Shown piece by piece: positions 16,701-31,574 of a DNA stretch of 64,000 bases. This DNA comes from Setoptus koraiensis. Its lineage: Eukaryota > Animalia > Arthropoda. The notes beneath the pieces are model-generated. The model was not told the origin of the DNA, ran no database searches, and was given only the letters and a program-made list of their open reading frames with translations. The stretch lies in assembly GCA_048013815.1 (NCBI GenBank), contig CM106586.1, forward strand, positions 4,154,001-4,218,000, given 5' to 3'. Positions within the stretch are counted from its first letter, which is position 1; each line of letters starts with the position of its first letter. The translations under genes were made by a program, and so were the position numbers.

Positions 16701-19700
16701 TGTTTTGGGGCCTAATTTGCTGGCATTTTAGTCCGGCCAGTTGGACGGTTTATCCGGCCAGAGCGAGACCGTTTATCGCCTGAGCCCGGCATTGATAGCC
16801 CGCTTGCTCATCCATATGCATGCCGTTTGCATGTGAGTGGTCGCCGAAAGGTGACACAAATAGAATGGCCGCTAATCACACACAAATAACAGATACAAGC
16901 CGGGCCCCACAGAGACACGAGCCAAACAACTTGTAATATTTACCTGCTTGCCTCGCGTCCAATCTAGCCTATAAATTGAGGCCAGTGCGTGCGTCAATTA
17001 GTCTGGCCGAGCTCAATTTTGGGCCCGATTTGGGCCCCAATTTCGGGCCCAATTTTGGAACCAATTTTGGCATTTTCGGCATGGTCACTCGGCAGCATAA
17101 CTGGGCACAACAATGGGTCACGTAAAATGGAAATTGCCAAGATAAACGATTGCAGCGACGGTTGCAATTTTGCACAACAGGGGCGCTGTTGCTGCTCGAA
17201 GCGTTGCCAATTCGCTAGTGGGCGCCGTTGATTAGCGCTGGCCAAAATGTTAATGTTTATCAATCACAGGTTTATCAATTGAGCGGCGATCAGATTGGCG
17301 GCCGGCGGCCGGCGGGCAAGGTGAGGCCGGCTGCCGCTGTTGTTGGCGTTGGCGCGTTAATTTATCACGGGCCGAGAAGTTGTCTAATCGATGCAACGGG
17401 TCGCTCGCAACGAGAGCGGCCAGCGCAAAGAGGATAAAAGAATCGCTCCGAGAATCGCCAGAATTGCCGCCGTGAACAAACAATGAGGCCAGCGAGAACA
17501 AGCGAATCTTTATGCAAATCTCTCTTGTTATTCTCGTGGCGTGTGTGTTGTAGTTGCCGTTGTTGCTGCTGTTGTTGTTGCTGTTGTAGTTGTAGTTGCT
17601 GTTGCTGCCGTTGTTGGGCTGCTGCTGTCGGCCAGCTCGGGGCCATGCGCCCACTTGGCGCCCACTGGCAGCGGAAATGTCGTAACACGCTCGCCATAAG
17701 CTCGCCGGCTCGCTGGGCCGCTTAAGCTCGCCATAAGCTGGCCAGCAAACAAGCCAGACAGCCAGACGGCCAGCCAGCGACAAGTAGTAGTTGGCTAACC
17801 TCGCTTATGTTGGCAAAGTAATTAAGGCCGACACACAATAATAGCAATAACGACACCAGCGCCGGCAATAATAACGAGCCAAGAATAACGACGACTCTTG
17901 TTTGGTTGGCAGCGGCGGCGGCGGCGGGGGCCTCATGCTATCGATGCTGCCAGAAATTGGCTGGCCCAAAACGAGCCAGCCGGCAGCCAATTGACTGCTG
18001 CCGGCTTCTCATTAGCTTATTGTTATTCACACATGGGGCCCGCTTTCTGGCTGTCGAGGCCGCTGTCGATTGTGCGAGTCGCCACTTGCCAGCGCACAGC
18101 CCCATCGGGGCCTCAAATCTCATCAATGGGCCATACGCGCCGATAATCAACGCTCGCCACTCGTCGGCAGCATTTTTCATCTTGGCGCGTCTTGGCTGCA
18201 AAATTGGGGCCCCGTTAGAGGGCTGCTCGTTGGTTTGCACCGTTTGCAGTGAAACTCGTCGAAGTTATACTCTCGATGTCGTGACACTCTCTATGTAGTG
18301 AGACCCTCGATGTAGCGCGACTCGATGCAGTGCGACTCGACGCAGTGCGACTCGATGTAGTGGACCCACTTGCAGCATATCCGCACATAGGCGCTATATT
18401 ATTCATTGCAATATGTCAGCCGGTCAGTCTGGCATTGGCACACTGACTGTCAGTCAGTCAGTCAGTCAAACAGTCAGACTGGCTCACTGACACTAGACTG
18501 ACTGATACCGCACCGGCCGACACTAGCCCGGCGGGCCGGCGACACCGTGGCCGGGGGACGCCCACGCACTGACGCTAATGGCGGACGGATAATTTAGTGC
18601 GCATACACACGAGCAGCGGGCCGTCGTCGTTGTCCAATCAAACACGGCGCAAGAGTCGCCTGGGCCCCAGCTTGCCGCTCGCAAGCCCAGCCCAGCCGAG
18701 CCGAGTGTCTAATGAGGGGCCCCTTAGGTTGCGCGTGTGGCGCACGCTGCACAAACATCATCAATTATATAGATCATCGCCGACAACAATCTATGGATTG
18801 TTGGGCACGCACAACAGATAAGTCTATTCATTTATCTGGCCCGCCGGAGCGGCAATGTTTTTTTGCCTGTGCCACATTTATCCGCAACTGCGTTGTGCGC
18901 TTACCCGGTGCCGCTGCGTTGCGCGCTTACCCGGTGCCGCTGCCTGACCCGGCGCCCATGGCCCGGATCCGCTCGGCGGGCTTGTGTCATGGCGGCTGCA
19001 CGCCTAGCCAAGTGTGTGCATGTTAACAGAGCCAGTAAATCTTTGACAACCAACAAGCCAAGACGGCGCCTGTCTGGCCGAATAAATCATCATTCATTTC
19101 CTATTGGGGCCCATTTCTCATTTGGTTCGCTGTGTTTGGCTCGACTGGGCGTTTTGCGCCCCCAGCCAGTTGGTTTGCCAGCCAGAATTATGCGCGGCGC
19201 GGCGCCGGCGCCAGGGCCCCGTTTTGCGGGCCCCGTTTTGCGGGCCCCATTTTGCGAAATGCGCGCCAAAAGCCACAACTTAGCAGCTTAGCTTCATCGT
19301 CTCGCCAATTTCCAATCAATGGACGGCCGGTCAGAACACTTGACTGAGACGGCGGGCACAAGATTTATGGCCGCGCTAGCTAATATTACATAACTGGCAC
19401 TTGGCGAGATAAACTTGCCGGCAGCGCTTTTGCTGCTGGCGAGCTCGCGTCTCGAGAGCAACAATCGAGAGCGTGTAGCGGGCGACGTGCGTGCCACCAA
19501 CAATCAATGCCGATCACGATCATCTGCTGCCGGCGATTATTCGGGGGCCAGGGCCAATTCGGCCCACTTATACGCCGACAATATACACACTGTGTGCGCA
19601 TCATATACAATGTACAAGTATATTATTATTCAATCATATGGCATAAATGCTCGACCATTAGTTATTTATTGGCTTAAATTGCACATTGTGCGCGCTGTAA

Positions 19701-21354
19701 CACTTTGTGCCCAAACCGTGGGCCCGTGGGGCCCGAACTGTGGGGCCCACAGGCTGCCACCGATCGATTGCGACCGTAAATGGCACATTCGGCGGCCGAT
19801 TCGGCTATCTATCAGCGGATATATATTCGCGGTATAACGACATATTTAATCAGTCCATGGCCGGCAAAAGTGTGGCCAGCAACATTGGGGCCGGCAACAT
19901 TGGGGCCTGCCACCGAACCGCAAACAGTGGCCGGAGCGGCTTGAATAGTGAGTGACATAAATAACGGGATTATCATCATGGCCCGTCATGCAATATTATC
20001 ATGGGCCGACTAAATAAATTATGAGCAAATGAAAAATGGTGCCGCCTTGCTGATTGCACGACACCAAGTGGCGGGCCCCCGAAAGAGCGCCACTCAAGTG
20101 GCAATTGTTGCGCTCTTGGGCAATTTGGGCCCGTTGGCATGATTGGCCAAATTGTTTGCGCCGCGCCTCATAACTTGCAACCTGTAATATTGTTGTGATC
20201 TCCCATCTTTTATATCACAACTGGTGAGGTTATCTCGTAACTATCGCTACCCAGTGCCTCTAGCGGCCACTCGGCGCGTTCACTGGCGCCTCGATTGCGC
20301 TTGCCGGCGTGCTGAACAATCGACAAATCCAACAATTATCCGCATATTATTGTTATAATTAAAATCGGCCATGGCAACATAAACAATCACTGATACTATA
20401 AACGATGATACTGTAAATGCCAGAGATTCATCCTGCTGTTGTCGGTCTACATTGCATATACATAAATCAAATCATTATTAGTCTGTGTATATGCTCTCTG
20501 TATTCGACGCTCAGTTTGACACGACCACCACCAGCGGTCCGACATGAAAAATGCGACCGAAAGAGGCGCCCGTTTGGAGGCTGCCGGCCCGATCGCAAAG
20601 CCGGCCCGATTGCAGAGCCGGCCCGTCTGGCCCGGCCGTCAGATCAATCATACGTACGCAGCGATGCCAGCGAATAATAATATTGATTCGGGCGCAACTT
20701 TACGCCGCGCCGGCACCCGGTACCTGGGCCCCGTTGCGTCGGGTTGCCCATTCACATTTGGCCGGCTTGTATGGCACTTGTGTCTGTCTGGAATTGTGGA
20801 AATTGTTTGGTGCTCGCCGCAGCGCACATAATGGGCCCATCATCCAGTCTGGCCGAGTGTCGAGATAAGAGAGGGGCCCCGCGAGTTGGCGTAACCCACT
20901 TTAGCTGGCCAGGCACTTACCGTCAAGTTGGCCACATGCGAGCGCAAACAACGACAGCGGCAGCAGCAACAACAAAGAGGCGCTGCGAGCGTCGCCTCAA
21001 ATTATATATTCCGGCGAGACTGGCGGTGCGCCGCCAGCGAGAATTGGGTTTTTTCTTGAGAGACTCTCTCTCTCTCTCTCTCTAATTCATTCATCGGTTG
21101 ATGCATATATAATTCATTCTTACATAACAACACATAACGGAATAGACGCGCGTACAAGCACGAGATGAGTTGCGCGCCGGCCAGTTATTTCCATTTAAAC
21201 TTCTCACTATTACATAATAATAACAACACAACAGCGGCGCCAATAATAATGCGCGCGTCGGGCCGGCACAACAATGTCATGTGATATGAGGATCAATTTA
21301 TTTGGCGCTCGCAGCGCCGCCGTCGCCAGCCAGATCTCACAAGTCAGATCACAG

Positions 21355-21386
<32 letters not shown>

Positions 21387-22727
21387 CGTGTGTGTGTGGC
21401 GCCAAAGTAATGATGTCATTAACAATGGCCAAAGATAGCGCAGGTTATCTATTGGTAGCACTTGTCTCTGGCTGCAAACACTTCATGCACCCACACCCAC
21501 GCGCGCAATGTCAGGTGTAATATCGGTGACACTTGGGTATATCTCATCATCGGCTTCACACCGTCCTATAGCGTCCTGTGGCGCCCTCATTCGGGCCCGC
21601 TTCCGAGCGGCCGCTCCATCGGGTAGCGGGGCACGGGCGGGTTTTGTTTCAGCGCTTTGGTCCGACTTTTTCGTGTTTCTTTGTCGCGTTTCTCTGTCAC
21701 GTTTCTTTGTCGCGTTTCTTTGTCGTGTTTCGTTGTCGTGAGTCGGGTGAGTCGGGCGAGTCCGCCGAGTCCGCTGAGGCCCGCAAAGTCACAAATAATC
21801 CGCGCCATAACTGCGCGTGATTGCGTCTCCTTTTTGTGCGCCGTGCGCGTGTGATAAAGTGGCCCCAAGAAGCCGGTGGCGGCGCTCGTGGCGCCATTGT
21901 GAGCCGCTCGTGGCCAATATTGGCCAAACACGAGCCCCAGCCAGCTCGCTGACAGGGGCCCCCGGCCGCCAGTGGCAAGCGCACAGTGGCGACACAAATC
22001 ACAATCAGCCAACGCGCACAATGGGCGCACTGATTGAGATTGTGCGGACAGCGCCGCTGTCAATAGCGATAATGATGATTATAATCAGAGCCATTCACAA
22101 GTGGCGGCTATCGGCTGCCGGCAGCCATCGACCATAGGTCACAGGTGAGAGGGTGTCGTATGTGTGCCTGCAGAGTGGATATTATTATATTATTATTATC
22201 GTTGTTGTTGCTGTTGTTGTTGCTGTTGTTGTGCTGTGTTGTGTCGGTCAGATAATGTGTGTGGCGGTTATCACTTGACGCGTGATTAGAAATAACGGGG
22301 GGGCGAGCGACAGCAGCGGCGCCATCAGGCCACACCGACAGCCAGAGAATAATAAAAGTGTTATGTAATAAGGCAACCAGTGGGCCATTATCACACATGC
22401 GAATCATATCGATATCGCACGGGCTATTGACGTGGCCCGTGCGGACGCTTTTAGAGTGAGCAAAATTGTGGCCGCTAGCCGCAACTTGTGTCACTGTCCA
22501 TTCGCACAGGTAACTCAATCATTGGCCGCCAGGTCGGGCTTGCCAATCACAGCGCCACTGAGCCGGTGGGCCACCCTACGAACGATAAGCCAGCGGATAA
22601 CGAAAGATCCGGATATTTCTCGGGCCGCGTCATTGGGCAGCGACGTCGAGCAAAGGGCAAAAGTGATGCGCGGCCGCCCCCAAGTAACTAGCCGCAAGTC
22701 ACACAGCCACGAGTTACCTGTGACCGG

Positions 22728-22734
<7 letters not shown>

Positions 22735-22800
<66 letters not shown>
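22735..22800 (+). repeat. (GT)33 microsatellite
   Basis: Perfect GT run with an imperfect 5' extension from 22727. Confidence 0.95.
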
Positions 22801-22802
<2 letters not shown>

Positions 22803-23560
22803 TGTAACTGGGGCCCACTGTCGGCTTGCATCATGCGAATGAATCGTGTGTGATGATGTAATTCGTGCGATGATGTAATGCAAGTGAATGTGTCATCGAG
22901 CGGGCGAATAGTGCGCTGGCACGCACATGAATCATGTGACATGACGCTCAAATGACGAATGGATTCACATTTATTTATATGTTACATTTATCTATTTATG
23001 TGTGAATACACGTGTGAATATACGTGCAAATATACACACCGGCGACAGTGACACCAGCGAGCCAATGACGAATGGCGGCACCATTAGCCAGTGCAGTGCG
23101 CTGTTTGTTTAACACCCATTACGTCATGCGGCCCTAATAGATAAACGGTCGCGGCCACTTTGAATAATGATCATAAATAACGGCTAGCGACACTTTTTGC
23201 AAACAATTTTCGCCAACAATTTTCGTGTAGCGAGCCATCGGCAACAATGCAGCCAACAAGATGCAGCCAACGAGCGACAGTCTTGGCGCGCCAAACCGGC
23301 CCCCGTGACACAATCGCTAATTGTGTGCGGGCCCCTAGCCGACACAACATAATGAAGCCACATTTGAATGATGTTGCCGGGCGCCCCACAAGCGGCCGGC
23401 ACATAACTCACGACTGGCCCGCTCTCACATGAGTGGGGCGCCATTTTGCGCTCGCTGCGCGTCGGACGGTCGCCATTTTCAGTGATCTGACTCAGATCGT
23501 CTGAGTCGCGTCTCGCCGCCGATGATTTGCGTCGCCGAGCGGCCCCGTTTCATTGCCATT

Positions 23561-23690
23561 TCGTCGCCGCTCGTCGGCGTCTCGTCGCCGCTCGTCGGCG
23601 TCTCGTCGCCCCTCGTCGCCCGCTCGTCGGCGTCTCGTCGCGTCTCATCGGTGTCTCGTCGCCCCTTCGTCGCCCGCTCGCCGCCGTCCC
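23561..23690 (+). repeat. Degenerate ~21-bp tandem repeat (TCGTCGCCGCTCGTCGGCGTC)
   Basis: Two exact copies at 23561 and 23582, followed by degenerate copies. Confidence 0.8.
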
Positions 23691-26600
23691 GCCGAGCATG
23701 CGAGCGCAAAAAAGGGCCCCACTCGGCCGGCCCGATCGCAAGTGCCCTGCACATACACCGTGTATGATACACGGACATGTGTGCACAGGCGACATGTATC
23801 CGTCGCTATATCCGCGCCGGCGCTAATAGTGCGACCGGCGGTGTGCCGGTGCCACCGTGCGTAGCTGCCGGCGCCGTTGCATAATCGCGTGATGGACGCG
23901 CCAAGCGCAAGCACGTAATTATTTTATCATTCATTCAATTTATTATCGCGCCACGGCCAGCGACAGGCCGGCCTGTATTGTGCGCCTAGCGACTCGCGAC
24001 TCGCCTCTAGCGACCGTATGCACGCGCTGCGTCATTAACAGCAGCACCAATGGCATCTCTCATTCCATTTCATCTTTTCCTCTGTGCTCGCTGTCGGCCT
24101 CGCTCGGGCCGGCGGGTGCCCCTCACACAGGGCGACACAACCGCGCACGGCCACACATCCGCGCGCGCCGATATGTGGGCCCGCATATCACGCGCCTCGC
24201 ACGCCAGAAGGGGCCCGAAGTGGCGAAAGTGGCAAAAAGTTGCAAAGAGCCACCATAATAAACTGTCACATATGCTCGCTGGCCAGATGGCATGGGCGCG
24301 CGCCCCCACAGTCCGTTAAACAGCCAGCACGTGAATTATGCGCAAACAAACAAACAAACGAGCCCAGCGACACAATGGCCGCCGCCGCCGGCCCGGGGCG
24401 CCCCTCTGCGGCCGCTCGCTTGCAGCGACAAAATTAGCCCTCGCGCTGGCTTTGTTGGGCCGCCAGAGATAATTTCGTCTAGACGCTCTCTTTAGCACTC
24501 GGCCGCCGGCACAGTGTGGCCACCGGTGCAGCGAGCACAGGTGAGTGAGTATCGCGACAGTTGGCGCTCGCTCCAACGCAGCCGCTCATTTTTGAGGGGC
24601 CAGTTTTGAGGGGCGCCTTTTTGGGGGCATTCGCTGGAGGGGGAAGGAGCTCGGCGGGGCCCCAATGGCATTTTTGTGCAAACAGGCCGGCATTGTTTGT
24701 TTGTGTGCGTGCTTGTTTATTTACTTGCCCGTGTGTGTGTGTGTGTGTGTGTCTGTTTGTTTTTTCGGCCACTGTCCAGCGTCACTCGGGGCCCCTCGCT
24801 GACCGTCAGCGGCTGACGTGTCCGAGCTCGTGGGCTGCGTGCCGGCCAACTGCACAACGCTCGGCCGCAGTTGTCCAGTTGGCCGCAGTCGGCCGACGGA
24901 GCCCGAAATAGTGTGCGAGCGGCCGGGCCGCTTCCGCAACTTTTGCGCTCTCTTTTGCCTATTTATAGCCCGCCGACTGGTCATATGTTGGGCCATTGGT
25001 CAAGCGCCCAGCTCTAACGGCCGCCGTTGCACACTCGTCCGTTTGATAGATGAGCCAGGGCCCCCTCGATAGGCGAGCTAACGGCCAGCGTTTTGACCGT
25101 TTTAACTGGGCCGGTTGTTTTAAGCTGCCCGTTAACGGCTTCGGCCGCAAGACTCGCCGAGTCTGACTCGGCGGGCAACCAAACGCGCCGGGCAACCCGC
25201 TGGCCGCACGCCGCATCACCCGCCGCAATGGGCGGCCGGGCCGGGATTTATCTCGATCGTTGGTTTATTTGGTGATCTTAACGGGACTGACTCAGGTGCG
25301 ACTTGCATGACTTGCTGCAATTTGCTGTCAGTTTTAAACAGTTTAGAGCGCGCCCGACGTTTGCGCCGTTTTCGATGCGGCACCGGACGCCGCGACGCTG
25401 GCCAAATTGCGCAACCGACCTAATGGCTCCGATCGAGTGCCCTGACCTCTTTTTGTCTGTCTGCCGGCATGCAACCTGAATAATCGGCGCCCGTCTCGCC
25501 GTCAACGGGCGGTGGCGCAGCCCGTGCGGCCGACCCGGCCATAGTGGCGGCCACTTAGCGGTAGTGGGCCCGCAATTTGAACGCCGGCCCACTCCTGGCA
25601 GCTGAAATTGTTTTCAGTCCCAGTGGCGCACTATTTGCCCGTTTGCCCGCTTGCCCACTCGCCCATTTGCCCGTTTCTCGCGGCGAGAGGCTCTCACTGG
25701 CCGAGCCGGGCTCGCGGCCAGGGCAGAGAGGCCCCGAAAATGGTCGCAGAAAATGGGAAAGTGGCCCAACGCTGACTTTTGGCAGGGCGCCGCCGCTGCA
25801 AAATATAAAATACCATCATCTGCCAATTCAACATGTCCTGTCAAGCCGAGCGGCGCGCCTCGGCCGGCGCGACTAAATGGGCGCCGCGCCAGCCGATATG
25901 GGTCAAGTTTGGGCCGTGTAGATTGAATTTGTTGTCGGGCGAGCAATTGAGGCGAGCAACAAATTCAACTGCGGGCCGCACACCTTTTTGCGACACTAGC
26001 CGGCCCGCCGCTTGTGGGCTCGAGGGCGCCGCGAGAGTAAGAGCAGTGAGAGCAAGGCGAAACAGGGCGCCCCCTCCCCATTCGCGCACTAGCCCAGCGA
26101 CATGGATGCCGGCGCGGCCGCCAGGGGCCCGCCTAGAGGCCGATATCGGGAGCGATATGTGTGTGGATGTTTGGAAATTATTATTGAATGATTTTAGTCT
26201 GGTTGGTTGCGCTCGCGTTGGCGCGCGGCCTCATGTGCTCGCGAGAGCGTGAAGAGCATGTTAACTAGATTGAAGAATTGTGTCTCGGCTAGGTGTGTCG
26301 GGGCCCGGTAACGCGCGGCCCGGCAAATTGGACACGGGCCGCCGCTAGAGAGCGCAATCATGCTGATGTGGCGAGCGCCACAATCGGATATCAATCAAAC
26401 TCATCGGATAAGATTAGCTCACCTGCATGGCGAGCGAAAGCTCGCTCTTTTGGGAGTTTGAGTTTATATTTTTAATTTCGATTTGATGCCCCGCCGCTGC
26501 TGTTGCGCTCGCGGATCACGTGGTCGGCCCGCCAACGATCGGGCGGCCGGCCCGCCACCGAGCGGCCAACCAGCGATCGGCGAGCGGCCGGCGTTTTGTT

Positions 26601-29600
26601 TTAGACGCCATTTATATTTTGGGGCGCAACATAATCCCCGCGCTGGGGGCGCAATTGATTCGGCCATCAATTATTGCGCATTATTATTGCGAACACGCCG
26701 CCCGGAGTCGTGCACCAGGTCGGGCCTCTGGGGTGTTTTGGGGTTTTTTCGATTTTTTCTTACGTTATATTATATTTTGCCGAGGCCGGCAAACGGCAAC
26801 GAAATGGCTCGCTTGCTGGATGGGCGACCGCTCATCGCTCATTAGCAATACCTGATGGGGGCGCCATTATTGGCCCGCCGACCCGATCAATTGGCTTATC
26901 GATGCCCCAGTGGACAGACTGTGTGTTGTGTCATCGTCAATCCATTTATCGCCGGCCCGCGGTGCTCGCGCCCGACTGAGCGGGGCCCCCCGAGCAGCAC
27001 ACTCACGTGTAGCGTGTCCAGCTGGCGCTTTTTTCTCTTCGCCGCCCCCCCCCGCGCCCCAATATCGCAACTGTGTTGCCATCAAGTGTGTTTGATGCAA
27101 CTTTATTCTGTCACCCCGTTGTTGTGTTATTCCGTCATCGTGTGCGCCAGTCGATCAACTGTGCCAGCCCGACAGCCCGACGGCCCGACAGCGCGACGGC
27201 CCGACAGCCCGAGTCGCAGTTTTTTCAGACTTTTCAGCCGCACTTGTGTCAGAGATGGCGCCCCATTTGTGTCTGTATATAATAGATGGATTTAATCGAG
27301 TTAATAGCCTTGTGTCTGCGCAAGTTTTGGCTCCAATGTTTTGTCGCTGTTTAAATCGAGTTATCAAATGAACTGGCTGTGTGTGCGGGCGCGAGCCGGT
27401 TGCAGTTTATTTATAACTGCAACCGGCGAATGCGCCATGTCTGAGCCGCCTGGCTGGCTGGCTGGCTCAGAGAGAGGGGCCCCCGCAAGACCCGAAATAG
27501 CGGACTTGCGTCGCGTCGGGCTCGTCGGATCGCTTCGAGCCCATGCACTTACCTCTGCAATTTTGCGGGGGCCCGGAGATGGGCTTAAAATAAACAAGGC
27601 ACTCGATCATGTCGCTGCATGCGGCACCGCGTGCATGCAGCGCCAAAATTGTCCGTGTGTCCGCGACCATCGCAACACGATTACGGCATCGCCAACGAAC
27701 GCTAGCTTGCCAACGAACGCTAGCTTGCCAGCGAACTGTTCTTGCGAGATACAGCCGAGTGTTGATTGAGCAGCCAACTACAATTGGCCTACAATGTATC
27801 GGATAGGTGTGACAATTGGTCTCTAGAGTGGCCCAAACTGGTTGGCCGACGCGCCCGCCAGAGACCGTCGACAGTGAATCGGATTGTCAGCGTCGGCACA
27901 GAATATCGAGTTGCAAATTGTCGGCGCCGGTGAGCTGCATTGATATAGGCACATGTGCTAATATTAATGACAAATGAAATGGGGCCAACCGGCCGACAAT
28001 CTTGACTGTGACTGCTGGACGATAACTGGCTCGATAACGACATTTAGTCACTATATCATATCACCATTACAGCGAGCCTCAGAGGCCCACGGAGGTGCCC
28101 GAACATCAGTAACAAGTTGTAAACAAGATTTCGCGACAGCAGGTCAGTTGGCGAGCCTCGGCGGATGATGGGGCCCGTGCCCAAGCGCCGACATGTAGCT
28201 CGTGTCCAAAAGCCGACATGTAACTCGTGCCCAAAAGTCGACATGTAACTCGAGCCAGCCGGCCGCATGTCGCGAATAATATAAATAATAATAAAACGGA
28301 TAGATAAAGTTAAGATAAAATGGACACGTGACATTGGGCGGCCAAAAAATGATTTGCTGCCGATTATGGGGCCCGGATTGTAATTAAAATGGCTCGCGCT
28401 TAGAGTGGCCGCGATCGCAGTTGGGCCACTTAAGTCGGCACAGTTTGCCTCTGGCCCCGGCGGCGCACTAATGGCTTCCCCTCGGCCCCATCTAATGATA
28501 ACAGCATCGGCATCCACTCTGGCCGTTGCTGATGCTGCTGTTGTCGTCGTTGGCGGTTGCTGTCGCTGTTGTCGTTGGCTGTCGGCCGTTGTTGGCCCGA
28601 CAGCAAAAGGTCAAATAATGCAGGTCATCAAATAGACATACGTAATATACATGCTCGCCAGTCATATTATGGCCAGCGAGCGGTCGCCTCAATAAATGCG
28701 CGCTCATAAAATATGCGCGCGTCGGAGATGAAATCGGATATAAATAATAAATTGCTAATGCCAACAGTGGCAACGAGCGGCCAAATTGTACCTCAGGGCG
28801 ACTAACAAGTGAGACACGAGTCACGTGGCTTGCAATCATTGTCGGGCAACGGCTAATTGGACAACGTGACAGACAATCGCCATTTCGGGGGCGCTCGTTA
28901 TTCGGCGCTGTCCCTAGCGACTGTGTGCGCAATTATTACCTGTATTTATCCTTTTTTATTTATTAGCCTCTCGCCAAGACAGATCAATCTCGGCTGACAG
29001 CTCGCCTGAGCTCTGTCCGCCAAATGCAGGCCGTTGGGTGGCCGTTGGTATCGCGTGCCGGCGACATTGTGAGTCGTTGTGACATTGTGACGTTGCGAGT
29101 CGGCCGACACTGGGCCCGCCAACAATGGAAATGCAAGCCAGAGATTTGCGCGGATCATGAGATTAGATTATCCTGCGTTGTGCCACCATTATTATCTATT
29201 ATTGGCATTTGTTGTGGCACGAGCCGGCCAAGACTCACAAACTGGGCCAGTTTATGCAATTTATAACGGCGCTGCGCTCTCTCAGACAGTTGCCAGTGAC
29301 CACAACAAACGCCAATGCGACACCTTGTAACATACGAATAATACATTCGAACGCATCAGCTCGAACGGGGGCGCCAATTTAATAAATGGCCGGCGATGAT
29401 TTTGCGGCCCCGTTTCGCAGTCGCATTGTTTACAGCGCCATTTGTGCTGCAAACAATGCCGCTGCTGGCACGTACTGCACCCAGCACGTACTAACGACTT
29501 TGTCGGACGGTGTTTGCAATGACTTTATGCCGTTATGTCGTCGTCATGATTAGGCAATCAAATGTGGCTCGAGTTTGTTTCGCGCGGCCAGTCGCTGTTC

Positions 29601-30666
29601 AACTGGTGCCAACAACTTGCCAACGGGCCGGCCGACGGGCCACCGGCGACAATTATCACTGTCGACATTAATATCGCCGCTCGCTGGCTATTAGCAAACA
29701 AAAGATGGGGCCATTTTCCGCTGCTGGCGCCACCCGTTTGGCCACCGTTTGTTTGACCCCGCCACTCGCTAGAGCCACCAGTCCTGTAGCACCGGCCGAG
29801 CGGGCCGGACGGGCCAAATGGGTCGGGGCCGGCTTGCTCGGAGTGCACAAATGGCAGTGCCCAAGTGGCCGAGTGTCATGTATAGTTTATGTAGTCGCCC
29901 GGCTATTTATACGCACATCTGTGTGCTCGTATAAAGCTGGCCGGCGGGTCCCGCCGGGCCCATTGCTTTAGGCCGTACTGCGAGCCTCGTAGGCTCGCCC
30001 GCGCCCGCCAGCTAGGCCGCCCGACGAGGTCGCCCGACGGGGCCGCTCGGTACGAGCGGGCGAGATAAGCTAATTTATTGGCATGATCGTGCATGCGAAC
30101 AATTGGTTAGTCACGCCGGCGAGCGGGCCCCCTGCCCCATTTAAATGGTCGAAATACACGCAACGCGGGCCAGCGGAACGAGCTGCAGCGGCTCAAACAA
30201 GCAGATGATAGCGCCGATAAGCGGGCCCGCGGCCGGCTGGCTGGTGGGCAACCGAGCCAACGGGAAACGAACAGACCGCACGGATCATATGAATCGGAAA
30301 CTGTGACTACTGGCTCGCTCGGTGCCGGCGAGCCCGTGAGCCCGCAACTCGCGGGCCGCCAGTGAGCCGGCCCAGCGAGCCAGTGGGGCCGCTACGGCCA
30401 GACAAGCGAGCTTGCAACTTGTTTGTAAACATCTATCAAGTCGCTTAATTAACTGCGTGGCGCAGCGAGCGGGGCCCCCCGATAACGGTATTAGTGCGTT
30501 TATCATAGTGTTTGCCTTGTTGCAAACTCAATTGAAGCGTGAACTGTGTGTGTGTGTCCCCTCAAATGTAAAACGTGGTTGCCAGTTGGTCAAGGGCTGA
30601 CCAACTTGGTCAGACCATTCCGGTCAGCGTGGCAGCTCGTTCACAGCGACGCCGAGCTCGCCAACT

Positions 30667-30760
30667 CTGGCCAGTCTGACCGACGACTGGCCAGTCTGAC
30701 CGCCGACTGGCGCGACTGACCGCCGACTGGCGCGACTGACCGCCGACTGGCGCGCCTGAC
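30667..30760 (+). repeat. 20-bp tandem repeat (CTGGCGCGACTGACCGCCGA), ~4.7 copies
   Basis: Units start at 30667, 30687, 30707, 30727 and 30747. Confidence 0.9.
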
Positions 30761-31493
30761 TGGCCGGCCCGGTGGCCCGATATGGGCCATTGGTCAACAA
30801 AGCGGGCAAAGCGGGCGAAACGGGCGGCCGCAAACAAGCTCGTCTGGGCATGTTGGCGCGTTGCTGTTTGGCTTTGGGGCGCTGCGACAAGCGATTCTGG
30901 CAAGTTATTCTTCTCACTCTCGCTGTCGCTTGCTGGCTCGCTGGCTCAATGGCTCGGCGGCTCGCTGGCTCAATGGCTCGGCGGCTCGCTGGCGAGTCTC
31001 CCTGGTTTCGGTGGCTGACAAAAGTGAGCGCGACTCACTCTCGCTCAGCCTCACCCGCTCGCTCGCGCCACGGGCACACATCAAGCTCATCATGTCAAGC
31101 TAGATGCCGTTGTCAGGCTACGTGATCGCTCATTTGTCTTGATATGACAATTGCGCGCCGGCACAGTCCGCGAACGTACACGTCGGTGCAAAGTTGGCAC
31201 AAGTTGCTGCCGCCGCTCTCGCGACCATTGCGACTACAGCGACCAGTGCGACCAGTGCGCCAGAGCCGCTTGTTGCGACGCTCATTTTATGCTCGCATGA
31301 CCCGCGTTACATCGCGCCAGTGTCCGGATTACATAACTTGCGGCCGTAACATTACATGCCAATGCCAGTGACGCTGTCAAAGGATTGAGCCCCTGTGACA
31401 GTGTGCGCCGGCACGCGGCACAGGTTACTTTGTGTTAGTTGTGGCTCGCGAGTGGCGAGCTTGTGAGCGCCGCCGGCCAGCGTAATTGCACTT

Positions 31494-31574
31494 GCTCGTG
31501 CAGCTCGTGCGGCTCGTGCGGCTCGTGCGGCTCGTGCGGCTCGTGCGGCTCGTGCGGCTCGTGCGGCTCGTGCA
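31494..31574 (+). repeat. 9-bp tandem repeat (GCTCGTGCG)x9
   Basis: Nine consecutive units; the first and last end in A. Confidence 0.95.
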
